IMG/VR virus record: IMGVR_UViG_3300035156_000099
Span: 1-60,741 of that record
Reading direction: 5' to 3' (one strand)
From: a virus
Lineage: Duplodnaviria; Caudoviricetes
Length of the DNA: 60,741 nucleotides
Shown here: piece after piece, positions 9,250 through 19,285 of the stretch
Position numbering within the stretch: position 1 is the stretch's first letter
Layout of the letters: the number at the start of each line of letters is the position of its first letter
Made by a program: the position numbers and the translations under genes
Notes under the pieces: generated by a model
Told to the model about the DNA's origin: nothing
Seen by the model: only the letters and a program-made list of their open reading frames with translations
The model's database searches: none

Positions 9250-9687
9250 ATGCACCATCCGAAAGGCTTCCCATCCAGGCTCGCGCGCCTTAGGGCGAAT
9301 GCTGGAATGACTCAAAAGGATCTTGCAACAGCATCAGGCATCAGCGTTCCGCAGATTGGGCGCTACGAGACCGGGCTATCCATGCCTCGCATGACCGCCT
9401 TGGTGAAGCTTGCGCACGCACTAAATGTTCGGGTTGAGGATTTGCAGGGGTCAGAGTCCGAGCCTGAAGCTGTTTCAATGTTTATTGATGAGGGGGATGG
9501 CACCGTTGTGCCTATCGCCGTGAGCAAGCGCGTTGTTGATCACCTGCAGAGCGAGGCCGACACCCACCACGTCAGTCTTAATGCGATGTTCATCGCCACG
9601 CTTGATGTGGCGCGAGCCGCAATGGATGGTGAGAATTTACCCCTGAGCGAAGCGATACGGAATGCGGTGACATTTTTAGGCGAATAG
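9250..9687 (+). CDS. XRE-family HTH regulator divergent from arc (Mnt position)
   Basis: RLARLRANAGMTQKDLATASGIS..IGRYETG. Confidence 0.85.
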   Translation: MHHPKGFPSRLARLRANAGMTQKDLATASGISVPQIGRYETGLSMPRMTALVKLAHALNVRVEDLQGSESEPEAVSMFIDEGDGTVVPIAVSKRVVDHLQSEADTHHVSLNAMFIATLDVARAAMDGENLPLSEAIRNAVTFLGE

Positions 9688-9695
9688 GATGGCTC

Positions 9696-10031
9696 TTGAT
9701 GAAATGGATTTACGCCGCAGCTCTTTTTCTTCTGGCTACGCAGCCAGCAAGTGCGGGCTTTATGGACGCCAAGGAGCTATCAGACCTATACGAATTGCAA
9801 GGCACTCCTGACAACAGAAGCCCTGTATACCCGAAGCTTTATGGGTACGTGATCGGCGTACATGATCTTGGCGAATCAATACTGTGGTGCGCTCCCGATG
9901 GCACGCGGGTAGCTCAGGTCTTGAAGGTGGTGCAGAACCATATTTCTGCCCATCCAGAGTCGTGGAACAATTCAGCCGCGGAGGAGATTTCAAAAGCCCT
10001 CAAGGCGGCTTGGCCCTGCCCTGCAAAATGA
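9696..10031 (+). CDS. Rap1a/Tai-like periplasmic immunity-family protein
   Basis: Signal peptide; GYVIGVHD..WCAP..VV.NHI.AHPE..AA...KAL..AWPC pattern. Confidence 0.75.
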   Translation: MMKWIYAAALFLLATQPASAGFMDAKELSDLYELQGTPDNRSPVYPKLYGYVIGVHDLGESILWCAPDGTRVAQVLKVVQNHISAHPESWNNSAAEEISKALKAAWPCPAK

Positions 10032-10096
10032 TCAATGCCCAGAACGAGCAAAGCCTTCGATGATCCAGACGAGGGCGGCGCCAGCCAGTCTGGCTT

Positions 10097-10540
10097 TCAC
10101 CCATCAAAGTTAAACCTGTCTTCTGGGTGCCACTCATGCTCAAGCGCCGAAAGTTTCGGCTCGTACTCATCAAGGAAGTGATCGAATAGCTGCTGGTTTA
10201 GAATCGCTGCGGAGGACGATTCGAAGGTCTCTCCGTAGCCCCATTCGCGAGGGTCGTGTTTACCCTTCACGCGGCGAAGAGCGCGCTGCTTTTGGCGTAC
10301 GTTTTCTACAAGGTAGGCCATAAATTGCTTGTGCGCGTAGAGGCTATACAGTTCTTGCATCCCTTCCGGCTTTCGGCTTAGAGCGCGAAATGAGCAGCCA
10401 GCATTCCTGCGCGCGTAGATGATTTCCTCGAAGGCACGCATGCGCGCCTCTGCCGCCACGCTATAGGATTGCCAGAGCGTCAGAAGAGCCTTATCTAATT
10501 CCTTCTGGGCTTTCCAGCTTCGATAGGTCTTAATAAGCAT
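10097..10540 (-). CDS. Hypothetical moron protein
   Basis: 147-aa ORF starting immediately after the upstream stop. Confidence 0.65.
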   Translation of the reverse strand: MLIKTYRSWKAQKELDKALLTLWQSYSVAAEARMRAFEEIIYARRNAGCSFRALSRKPEGMQELYSLYAHKQFMAYLVENVRQKQRALRRVKGKHDPREWGYGETFESSSAAILNQQLFDHFLDEYEPKLSALEHEWHPEDRFNFDG

Positions 10541-10762
10541 TTATCGGTCCGCGCTCGCAAAGCCTTCGATCAGCCACACGCAGATAGCGCCTATTAAGTA
10601 GAGGACAATCACAGGAACCAAGCAAAGCTGGAGGAATTCCTTCCAAAATCGAGGGTCCCCCCATCCGGAAATTATCCCGAAGAGAAGCCATGCGATGGAC
10701 AGCACAAACCAAATACGTCGGAAGCCTTGCCGATAAGCGAACCTGATTCTGACCTTTTGCAT
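10541..10762 (-). CDS. Small two-TM membrane protein
   Basis: GFRRIWFVLS..LYLIGAICVWLIEGF. Confidence 0.75.
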   Translation of the reverse strand: MQKVRIRFAYRQGFRRIWFVLSIAWLLFGIISGWGDPRFWKEFLQLCLVPVIVLYLIGAICVWLIEGFASADR

Positions 10763-10796
10763 GGTGCCCCCATTGCGTGAGGCACCATAATAGTGG

Positions 10797-13220
10797 TTAT
10801 GGATTAACGACGGTAGCGGGCAATTCGACTGGAGCCTGCTTCTGTGCGGGCTCGGTCAAATATACCAAGGGGCCAACTGTAGCGATCCTGGCCCGTGCCG
10901 AGCTATCTAGAGCCTGCTCCCACTTGCGATAGGCCTGGGTGCGAACAAGCTGCTTTTCGCGCGCCAGCACATTGGCCTTGAGCTGGCCGCCCGAAGCAGC
11001 ATAGGACTTGAGCATATTTCCGAGCTGCGGTGATGCGAGCAGATCCGCTGCCTTCTGATGAATTGGAATGGCGTTTTTCTTCATCCCGGCCACTACCGCT
11101 ATGGTTGCCCCGAGCCCTGGAAAACCTGCGGCCGTGCCGAGTCCTTCAGCAACCAGCGCAGGTTTTGCAATACCCCAAATCCGACTGATGGTACCGCCCT
11201 CGCCTAGGTAATCATCAAGAGAGCCGATAGAGACGCCAGTTCTACGCGTCTGCTTGGATGCTTCGCTGATCCCCTTAGCCACCTCGGCAATATCGTCTAG
11301 GCGCTTAACTGCATCTTCAGGCAGATACTTAAACAAGCGGTCGCGCGCGGCGCCTTGTCGGGATATATCGCCGTACCACTTTGAAAATCCAGTCGCTGAA
11401 AGCTCTCGTTGCCCTGTGCCGGCTGTGAATGCATCGTTCAAGGCCGTGACAACCGCCGAGGCCCGCGACTCTTCGGGAATGTGTTTGATGATGGTGTCGA
11501 AGTTCTTGAAGTTACCCTTGCTGAGTTGCTTAACCGATGCGCCAAAGCTGCTCGCAATAGATCCAGACAAATCGGTTCCAAGTACAGACTGCAGGCTGTC
11601 CTCTAGCGTTTTTCGTTGCGAGACGACGGACTTGGCACCCTTGTAAATAGCACCTAGCTCAGGGCTTACGGAGTTGACTAGCGCCTCCTGATCCCTAGTC
11701 AGGGTGCCGTACAGCGCATCAAGCTGTCCTTGCTGCATATCCTTGAATGGCCCACTGCGGCTGTAGCCCTGCCCGACCTGTTTTCTCACCAGATCGAGCG
11801 CCGCCCATGTCGGGTTGGTAGTGACTGTTTGAATGGTGCCAGGAATCAGCGGGTTTGGCTCGGTGCGAACCTTTGGCGAAAGAATACTCAGCGCTTTGCG
11901 CTCATCCGCATTCAGCAGCGGCGCGCCGCCAAGGTCCGCAATTTTGCCTTGAATGTAGCCAATGGTGTTGTCTGCAGGAGCCTGCGTGGCGCGGGGTATC
12001 TGCTTTCCAATGTAGCTGTAAAGGTCGTCCGCCTGGCCCTTCAAGGCATCAATTGTCTGGGTAGCGCTGGTCTTGAAGGCATCGCTATAGCCGGCCTTGT
12101 CAGTGCTTCCCCCAAACTGGGCGATGAAATCGTCAGCCTTTTGTGAAAGTTCGCCCAAGTTTTTTGCACGCTGTGCGGCAATGTCATTGCCGGGCAGAGC
12201 CGCAAGCGCGCCTTCGATATCGCGGAACGTTTGGTTTCCTGATATCTCAGCCGGGGTAAGCCCATTGATGCCAAGGCGCTGAGCAGCATCAATAGTTTTC
12301 TGCTGAGGCTGGATTGTTGCCGCGAGATCAGCCAAGGTCTGGTCAGTCGCTTTACCAGTCGCCAGGGATGCGTCAACAACCGACTTGGCTGTGCCCCGCA
12401 AGTCCGCGGCGGCAACATCGTCAGCTAGTGGTGCCGCATCGGGCGCAGCTTTCTGTGCAGTACCAGCAGCATCTACCGTAAAGTCGCTGGGGGTTGGTGA
12501 GGGCTCTGGACCATCAATAGCGCGCTGCGCACCCTCAGACGGAAGAAGCCTGCTTGGAACGACCTTTCTAGCCGCCCCCGAAAGCGCGGAGATTGCGGCA
12601 GGCGCAGCGCCACCAATAACGCCCCCTATCAATGCGCCTTCACCGGCGCCGGGAAGTCGGTCAACGACATCGCCTTCGGCGGACCCAAACCCATATGCGC
12701 CGCCCTGTGCAGCACCTATCGCAGCGCTCTTGGCAGATGTAGCAGCAAGGGAAGTCTTAGCTCCAGCACCGAGGAGAGAAGCGCCGCCGCTAAACAACGC
12801 GGGAGCAACAGCACCGACCACTCCACCAATTCCTGCCGCTATTGGGTTCTGCTCCTGACCGGTCTTGAGCTGAGCGCGCTGATTGGCTACGTTTTCATCG
12901 TAACGCTGGCTCCATGTATCTGCCGAAGAGCCATTCTCAGGTATTGAGATTAATGGCTGAACGGCAGCATCAAGCCCGGCGATGATTTCATCCTGCAGGC
13001 CGAGTGTAATGCCATCACCAACGCCACGAATTGCAGCAGTGCCTGCCCCTACGCTGCCCTTGGTGTCGCTGAACACCCCCGTGCCAGCAGGCTGGGCGGC
13101 CGGATCTGTAGCGATCGGTTTCGCTTTCACCGCTGATATTGAGTCCCAGTCTTCAGCGGGTGCTTTGGCCTGGGCCTGCGGCAGAGGTTTAACGGCTGAA
13201 ATTGAATCCCAATCGTCCAT
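10797..13220 (-). CDS. Large internal virion / DNA ejection protein
   Basis: 807 aa, Ala/Gly-rich, DWDSISAVK repeats, DGITLGLQDEI motif; podovirus ejection-gene position. Confidence 0.7.
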   Translation of the reverse strand: MDDWDSISAVKPLPQAQAKAPAEDWDSISAVKAKPIATDPAAQPAGTGVFSDTKGSVGAGTAAIRGVGDGITLGLQDEIIAGLDAAVQPLISIPENGSSADTWSQRYDENVANQRAQLKTGQEQNPIAAGIGGVVGAVAPALFSGGASLLGAGAKTSLAATSAKSAAIGAAQGGAYGFGSAEGDVVDRLPGAGEGALIGGVIGGAAPAAISALSGAARKVVPSRLLPSEGAQRAIDGPEPSPTPSDFTVDAAGTAQKAAPDAAPLADDVAAADLRGTAKSVVDASLATGKATDQTLADLAATIQPQQKTIDAAQRLGINGLTPAEISGNQTFRDIEGALAALPGNDIAAQRAKNLGELSQKADDFIAQFGGSTDKAGYSDAFKTSATQTIDALKGQADDLYSYIGKQIPRATQAPADNTIGYIQGKIADLGGAPLLNADERKALSILSPKVRTEPNPLIPGTIQTVTTNPTWAALDLVRKQVGQGYSRSGPFKDMQQGQLDALYGTLTRDQEALVNSVSPELGAIYKGAKSVVSQRKTLEDSLQSVLGTDLSGSIASSFGASVKQLSKGNFKNFDTIIKHIPEESRASAVVTALNDAFTAGTGQRELSATGFSKWYGDISRQGAARDRLFKYLPEDAVKRLDDIAEVAKGISEASKQTRRTGVSIGSLDDYLGEGGTISRIWGIAKPALVAEGLGTAAGFPGLGATIAVVAGMKKNAIPIHQKAADLLASPQLGNMLKSYAASGGQLKANVLAREKQLVRTQAYRKWEQALDSSARARIATVGPLVYLTEPAQKQAPVELPATVVNP

Positions 13221-15040
13221 TAGTGTTTAACCCTCAGCACGCCGTTCGAGTCGGTGAATTCAGCGCCAGACGGAAGCGCCTGAGCTTCTGCAAAGCTGTA
13301 GCGTTTCGGCGCCGCGCTTTGTCCGGCCTTTTCCGCCGTACCGCTGTTAACCTGGCCCGCTATGCCGGATACGTTGCCTAGCCCGTCCTTGATCGCCTGA
13401 AGTGCTCTAGTCCGGGCCACTGCCTTTTGCTTAAGCACGTCGTCGCCATCTCCTGGTTGAGGCAAATATGTGCGGCCGTATTCGGCGATTTCAGGATCTG
13501 TCAGTGCGGCGCCTGAATCCTTCCGCAGGATGGCATTGATAAACTCGCGGCCAGACTGCTCAGCTTTCTGTCGCTCATTGGAAACGAGGGAGTTGACGAC
13601 CCCAGAGTTTCCAATTCCTGGCAAAGAGCGCAGAGTGGTGTCGATTCCAGCCCTGATTGCGCCACGCTCACCGGTAGCGGCATTCGTGAGTGCGGCGCCG
13701 TTAGATGCCAGCTCTGCATTCGCAGCATTACCTCGCTCGAAGTAGTTGAAGTCCTTCGACTGTCCCTCTGTAAGCTTTGGTCCAGCAGACGAATTTGCTT
13801 CGCTACGTAGCTTTGCGGCTTCCGCTTGGGACTTTTCGCCGGATGCCTGAGTCTCCGTGATCTTTGCCTGAGTAAGCTGTTTCGCCAGCGCTCCAGCGCC
13901 AGTCGGGTCGGCGAGGGTTTGATAGCGTTGCTTCTCTTCCGGAGTGGCATTCGGCGCAGTGGCGGCCGTGAACGCGTCTTCCAGACGATTCGCACGCTGT
14001 GTTTGAGCGTCCGCAGCTTGCCCGACCCGCAGGTTATTGAGGTTGCCCTGCGCGCTAGCCACTGCATCCCCGAGACCTTGCGTCGTATTGGCGCGCTCTT
14101 GGTCATCCTTCACTTCGCGCACAGTTACTGGTCGCGTTCCGTCATGCACGACGGTGAAATTCTTATCGCGTATTTGCGCAGCTTGTGCCGCCTTTAGTTG
14201 ATCCTGCGCCTTATATCCGTCTCTCAGGTCATTGGCGCGCTGGAATCGGGTTAGTGCTAGTTGTGAATCGCCCGGCGCGCCTACTGTTAGGCCGCCACCA
14301 ATTCCATCACCTAGATTCGATGCCGAGCCTAGCGCAGCAAACTGCGGCCCACTTGAGGGTGCCGAGGTGCGCCATGCGTCTGCCAAATTACCAGACACTG
14401 GCGTCTGACTGACCGGTGCTTGCCCTGCTGCGTTCGCCAGATCAGCGGGAGCGTTTGAGAACTCAGTAACCCCATTGGCCCCAACCCGGCCCGCGATTGC
14501 ATTGTTGCCCGTGCCGCTTCCGACTGCGCGATAAGCCGTATCAAGCGTTTGAGGGGCAGGTGCCACCGGAGCGCTGGCCGGTAATTCCGGCACAGGGTTG
14601 TAGTTAATCGAATTAGCCCCGGCAGTGACTGGATTAATGGGCTGCTGCACCCCGGGCGCAGAAACCGTCGTCGACTGCTTCAAGCCATCCGAAAGACTTG
14701 CCATCGTCTGGCTGTTCGTCGGGTAGCTAGGAGACGTCGCCGTGGGAGTTACGCCCACCGTTAGTGCAGACCCAAGCGAAGCAGGCTGCGGCGGCTGAGC
14801 AAGCTGAGCAGGGTTTTTGAAGATGTCCCCGAGATGCTGCGGATCAGGATTCATATCTGCGGGCATCGCCGTTGAGGCGGCAGCGCTAGCCCCTGCGGCC
14901 AGCCCGGCAACCTTGGGAAGCTGATCTGATGCGCGAGCAATAGGTCCGCCCGCCAAGGACTGAACGCCATTCTTTGCGGCGCGCTGGGCGTTGGTCATGT
15001 ACGCTTGCGACAGGTCGCCGATCAAGTCGCCGTATGCCAT
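13220..15040 (-). CDS. Internal virion / DNA ejection protein
   Basis: KLTEGQSK and FINAILRKDSGAAL..E...Y...YLPQPGD motifs. Confidence 0.7.
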   Translation of the reverse strand: MAYGDLIGDLSQAYMTNAQRAAKNGVQSLAGGPIARASDQLPKVAGLAAGASAAASTAMPADMNPDPQHLGDIFKNPAQLAQPPQPASLGSALTVGVTPTATSPSYPTNSQTMASLSDGLKQSTTVSAPGVQQPINPVTAGANSINYNPVPELPASAPVAPAPQTLDTAYRAVGSGTGNNAIAGRVGANGVTEFSNAPADLANAAGQAPVSQTPVSGNLADAWRTSAPSSGPQFAALGSASNLGDGIGGGLTVGAPGDSQLALTRFQRANDLRDGYKAQDQLKAAQAAQIRDKNFTVVHDGTRPVTVREVKDDQERANTTQGLGDAVASAQGNLNNLRVGQAADAQTQRANRLEDAFTAATAPNATPEEKQRYQTLADPTGAGALAKQLTQAKITETQASGEKSQAEAAKLRSEANSSAGPKLTEGQSKDFNYFERGNAANAELASNGAALTNAATGERGAIRAGIDTTLRSLPGIGNSGVVNSLVSNERQKAEQSGREFINAILRKDSGAALTDPEIAEYGRTYLPQPGDGDDVLKQKAVARTRALQAIKDGLGNVSGIAGQVNSGTAEKAGQSAAPKRYSFAEAQALPSGAEFTDSNGVLRVKH

Positions 15041-15106
15041 TGGTATTGCTCCCGCTGGATTTCTGATGCCCCAACGCTATGTGACCAAAATCGGCAGTCA
15101 ACCGCG

Positions 15107-16135
15107 TTATGCGGTCTCGTAAGCCATCACGATGTCCTTCCAGAAACCGGTCGTCACCGGTGGAGTGCCGCCCGGTCCGAGTGTTGGCTGGACGCCGCAT
15201 GCTCGAGCGTCACCGAACCCCAGCCACTGGTTGTAACCGTTGGAGTTCTGCCATACCACTTGGCCGGTAGTGAGGTTCAGCGCGAGCAGCATTCCCCGCG
15301 CAGCGCCGGAGGTGAGCAGTGCAATCTCATCTGTCAGCAGACCCTCGACATAGACATAGCTCGTGTCCGCCGCATAATCAGCTACCGGATCCAGAGAAAC
15401 TTGCCTTGCCGAAGCGATTCCGAGCGTGGCAACCCCAATGGCGGTATCGCTGGTCTTGATGACAAAGCCCTGACCGTCACTGGTGAAACCGATCCCCGAC
15501 CTGAAATCTCCAGCCACTGCGCCGGAGGTTGGGCCTATCTGACCGATGAGGTCGCCGGTCGCGTAGTTCCACTGCCTCACGCCATAGGCGCTGTTCAACC
15601 ATGTGAGGGCGTATGCGCTCTGCGTGTCGGCTATCGCTGGACCCTGCTCGGCCGTATTGCCGATAGAGGCGCCAATCTGCCCGGTCCCAAGGTTGATGCG
15701 CACGTAACTCGTTGCCCCTGTATCGGGGATTCGTTGGAGTGCGATCGCCTTTTCAGGAACTTGCCCTGGGTAGATGCTCAGCGCCGCCGGCGCGGTATTG
15801 ATCGTGATTGCGGATGTGTAAGGCGCGGCGATCTTCAGATACTGCTGGTAGCCGCCGAGGTAGAACGTCCCGTTGCCATCGAAGCCATGGCCCGCCGCTG
15901 AAAAGCCGGAAGCTGCGATCTGAGTGGCTGCTCCGGTTTGCAGATCCCAGAACCACACATAGCCTTGCCCGTATGCGGTGACAGCGACCACAAGGCCGTC
16001 AAAGCTCATGTCAAAGTAGGCGCTTCCAGAAACCGTGCTCGGCAGCGATTTCGAGTAAAGCAGCGCGCCTGTCGCACCATCGAAAACGTTGATTACGTCG
16101 CCTGGATTGGCGAGGCTCGCGAATCGTTTTGCCAT
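15107..16135 (-). CDS. Virion protein, predicted beta-rich/propeller
   Basis: Repeating FDGATG, WDLQTG, NLGTG, NYATG and NLTTG blades. Confidence 0.6.
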   Translation of the reverse strand: MAKRFASLANPGDVINVFDGATGALLYSKSLPSTVSGSAYFDMSFDGLVVAVTAYGQGYVWFWDLQTGAATQIAASGFSAAGHGFDGNGTFYLGGYQQYLKIAAPYTSAITINTAPAALSIYPGQVPEKAIALQRIPDTGATSYVRINLGTGQIGASIGNTAEQGPAIADTQSAYALTWLNSAYGVRQWNYATGDLIGQIGPTSGAVAGDFRSGIGFTSDGQGFVIKTSDTAIGVATLGIASARQVSLDPVADYAADTSYVYVEGLLTDEIALLTSGAARGMLLALNLTTGQVVWQNSNGYNQWLGFGDARACGVQPTLGPGGTPPVTTGFWKDIVMAYETA

Positions 16136-16136
16136 G

Positions 16137-18335
16137 TCAGATCCTCACCACAGGCTCGGTTCGAGCTTGTGCAATGTTGCCGCAATGAATGGTTCCGGCC
16201 GGTGAGCCGTAGTTGAGCATCTGAGTCCACGTCGCGCCGGAGTCGTAACTGATCCACGTGATGCCTTGTTTGATGTCCTGACCGTCGAACTCTTCCAGAT
16301 TCAGGCCCGGCTGGCCGTATCCTTTGGAAGCGATCAATGTCGCAGGATGCCCGACCGTCTTGGGATTCGTCGCGTCATACCCGTCACTTTCAGGACGAAC
16401 AACCTCTATCCGGCCCAGCTTGGCAGACGAGGCGAAAACCGGAACCAGGTGCGCCACCGGGATGTAGTTGTAGGCTTGGCTCGCCGAGTAGGGAGATTCT
16501 GCTCCGAAGCCGTTCGAGACCACCTCAGGATCAATCACGCCCTGAACGGCCACTTCATCTGTAACCGTGCTGTAAGTGGCTACCGCGATATTGCCGCCCG
16601 GAGCCCAGAAGAAGTTGTCTGCCGGCCGCTCGGACAACTCGCTGGATACGTAGAACACGTATTTATTGTTCCCCAAAAACGTCACATGGTCATACGGCGC
16701 CGGCAGCGTGATCCACTCGCCCTGCTGCGCCGGCTGGCCGTCAGGAAGGTCAACCACACCATAATTGACGATTGCCTGCTCGCCGGTGGCGCAGGCGGTA
16801 CACATTGCGAAGCCGGGCACCCCGTCGTAACCGATCCGCACGCTGTCGCGGGAGGCGACAAACACCCTCAGCCGTGGCATTTCTCCCGGCTGGAATGCAG
16901 AGAACACTGGAAAAACGGCCACTGTTCCGTCGGTGTCGGAGCCGATGGTAAATCGGCCTTCGTCCGCATCGCCGATATCGAACGCGATGCTCCCACCATA
17001 GTAAGGCGCGGAAGATTGGCCGGGATGGAACACGCCGCGCTCAAGCTCTGTTTCGATCAGGTTTTGCCTGCGAATCACTCCGCCATCGAGCCAGGTGATA
17101 TCCAGAAACAGGCGGCCATCGAACTCCTTGGCGGTATTGCCGGTGCCGAGGAATCCATCGGGTGTCTTGTCGACGAAGGTGCTGCTAACCATGATGGACG
17201 TCCGCGTGCCGTCTTCGCTGAGGACGGTCGACATCGGCGCGCGGTAGGTAAGATTGTTCAGGTACCACTTCCCGGTGGCTCCCAGAGCGCTCCGGTCACG
17301 CAGAAGTGGCGTTCGGTCATCAGTTTGAGCAAATGACCTGTAGCTGTTCACGATGCGCGCTTGGTCGCCAAGGACTTCAATGTCAGCGGCCCATAGGCCT
17401 TTGGCACCTCCTGGCACGCCGCCGATGCCACCGGAGAGAGGCGAATCGGTGCTGGTCTCGACCCAGACCCCCGCGCCATCTTCATCTGGTCGGGCAGGTG
17501 TGTCGTACCAGTAATACGGGCCTGCCTCCTCATACACGACGTTCGCCGCAACGGTAATGCGGTACCCGTACACGCCGTCGTCAGAGGTGAATGCTTCCGG
17601 TCGCCCGGTTGCCAGCCAAGGGTATTGCGCTCCTTCCCAGTTCAGCTCGAAGCCTGCGGACGGGGCGTCCTGCAGACGTGTTATTGCCTTGGCTCCCACG
17701 GCGGCGAGAACCGCCTCGCCAATGTCGAGCGTCCACCCCGCGGCGGCAGAGCTTGGCGATTCCGGGACTGCAGCTCCATCCTCGAAGCGCACCGCGCTTG
17801 GTGCGGCGACGATCAATCGCCAGATGAAAGAAGAGTCAGTTCCGGCGTACGCCATGGGCCAGCGGACCGTAGAGGTATCGACGGCTGAATAAGCGTGGAG
17901 CGCGCCAACCCCGTTGAACGGCTGCGCAAGGCCCCAGTACCGAGTTGCGGCGTATTGGGTGCCTGAAACACCGAGGCCGATCTCTGCGTAGGAACCGGCA
18001 GTCACCAGTGGTGATGTTTGCGGAGCGGGGATTTCTGTCAGCGTTCCGGCGAGATAGGTGTCCCGGCCACCATCGAGCGTCTGGACGTAGTACCGGCTGT
18101 GGCTGTACTGACCGTTATTGATGTGTCGGCCGATCAGGCAAAGCCAAGCGGGAAGATCGATCACGACTGCGGACAGTACGTCGCCTGACTGCCTGGCAAT
18201 CAAAAGATAGCCTTCAAGGATACGTCGCATACTGCCCGCACCCGCGCCCCGCTGGCTCACCTTCTGAGCCATCTTCATGACCGGCCGGAGCAGCCATGCC
18301 CCGGATGCGCAGGCTGCCCTCTTCACGACGGCCAT
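16137..18335 (-). CDS. Large tail-associated protein
   Basis: 732 aa in the structural operon; Asp-box SYDSGATW. Confidence 0.65.
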   Translation of the reverse strand: MAVVKRAACASGAWLLRPVMKMAQKVSQRGAGAGSMRRILEGYLLIARQSGDVLSAVVIDLPAWLCLIGRHINNGQYSHSRYYVQTLDGGRDTYLAGTLTEIPAPQTSPLVTAGSYAEIGLGVSGTQYAATRYWGLAQPFNGVGALHAYSAVDTSTVRWPMAYAGTDSSFIWRLIVAAPSAVRFEDGAAVPESPSSAAAGWTLDIGEAVLAAVGAKAITRLQDAPSAGFELNWEGAQYPWLATGRPEAFTSDDGVYGYRITVAANVVYEEAGPYYWYDTPARPDEDGAGVWVETSTDSPLSGGIGGVPGGAKGLWAADIEVLGDQARIVNSYRSFAQTDDRTPLLRDRSALGATGKWYLNNLTYRAPMSTVLSEDGTRTSIMVSSTFVDKTPDGFLGTGNTAKEFDGRLFLDITWLDGGVIRRQNLIETELERGVFHPGQSSAPYYGGSIAFDIGDADEGRFTIGSDTDGTVAVFPVFSAFQPGEMPRLRVFVASRDSVRIGYDGVPGFAMCTACATGEQAIVNYGVVDLPDGQPAQQGEWITLPAPYDHVTFLGNNKYVFYVSSELSERPADNFFWAPGGNIAVATYSTVTDEVAVQGVIDPEVVSNGFGAESPYSASQAYNYIPVAHLVPVFASSAKLGRIEVVRPESDGYDATNPKTVGHPATLIASKGYGQPGLNLEEFDGQDIKQGITWISYDSGATWTQMLNYGSPAGTIHCGNIAQARTEPVVRI

Positions 18336-19285
18336 TAAGTCTGCGCCGCGCCGGACGAAATGTGTGCGTCGAGGGTCCCGATAGCGCTCGCCGCATTACC
18401 GGCGATACGGCCAAACGCTTGTGAGGCGCCTGCGTGGGATCTGCCAGTTGAGTCCGAGGCATAGTTCTGGATTCTATGCTCGTCGATCTGCCCATCAATA
18501 CCCGCTTTCGTTTCAGCCGCTCGCAGCTTGAGCTGTTCAAGGCTGACCTCGACCCCGTAGTAGCTCGACAGCGCGTTGTAGAACGATTGATAGGCCGAGG
18601 CCTTGATCTGCGCCGACTGCGAGTCGAGCTGGTAGAGACTGGTGTACGCCCGAAAAAGGTCTGCAGCCGTGTTGAGAATGCCCAACTTCAACTGCGTCGA
18701 AAGCTGCACCGCCTGTTGCAAGATCTGGGTTTTGATATCGGCATCCTTGATCGCCTGATCGCGGCTGACGTCGAGCACCAGGTCTGTCGCGCGCCGCTCG
18801 GACTGCGCGAGTTGATCAATCAGTGCGCCAGGCGGCAGCGAGAAGCCGCGGGCAGAAAAGGTCGACGAAAGAGTGGCGCGCTCCGAACGGACTGTTCGGC
18901 CGGCGCGATCTCGCGATTGCTGCCAGACCATTTCAAAGACGGTGCCCGGAACTCCGAAGGGTTTGACGCCACTGATTACTTCAACCAGATATTCCTCGGG
19001 AAGGCTCTTGAAGCCGCCATTGATCGATGGGAAGTAAGTCGCCAACCACTGTTCAACCTCGCCGTTCACGCTGTCGATGTTCGATGCCGCGTTATCGGTC
19101 CCCCCGAACAGGTCGCTGAACTTAGGCGGCGCTTGCAACGCGATATTCCCGACGGAGTATGCGAATTGGGTTTCTTTAAGTGTCGGCTTCGAGACGATAT
19201 TGATCCGTCCAGCACTGCCGGATGCGTAGCTCATTGCCGTCTGTGCGAGGGCGAAAAGTTGCTGGTTTGTGCTGTCGATGCTCAT
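18335..19285 (-). CDS. Virion structural protein
   Basis: ARGFSLPPGAL motif; coupled to neighbouring genes. Confidence 0.7.
   Translation of the reverse strand: MSIDSTNQQLFALAQTAMSYASGSAGRINIVSKPTLKETQFAYSVGNIALQAPPKFSDLFGGTDNAASNIDSVNGEVEQWLATYFPSINGGFKSLPEEYLVEVISGVKPFGVPGTVFEMVWQQSRDRAGRTVRSERATLSSTFSARGFSLPPGALIDQLAQSERRATDLVLDVSRDQAIKDADIKTQILQQAVQLSTQLKLGILNTAADLFRAYTSLYQLDSQSAQIKASAYQSFYNALSSYYGVEVSLEQLKLRAAETKAGIDGQIDEHRIQNYASDSTGRSHAGASQAFGRIAGNAASAIGTLDAHISSGAAQT

Noticed and set aside
14625-14634. CCAGTCAC box inside an ejection gene
   Set aside because: Intragenic and not followed by a TAnnnT -10
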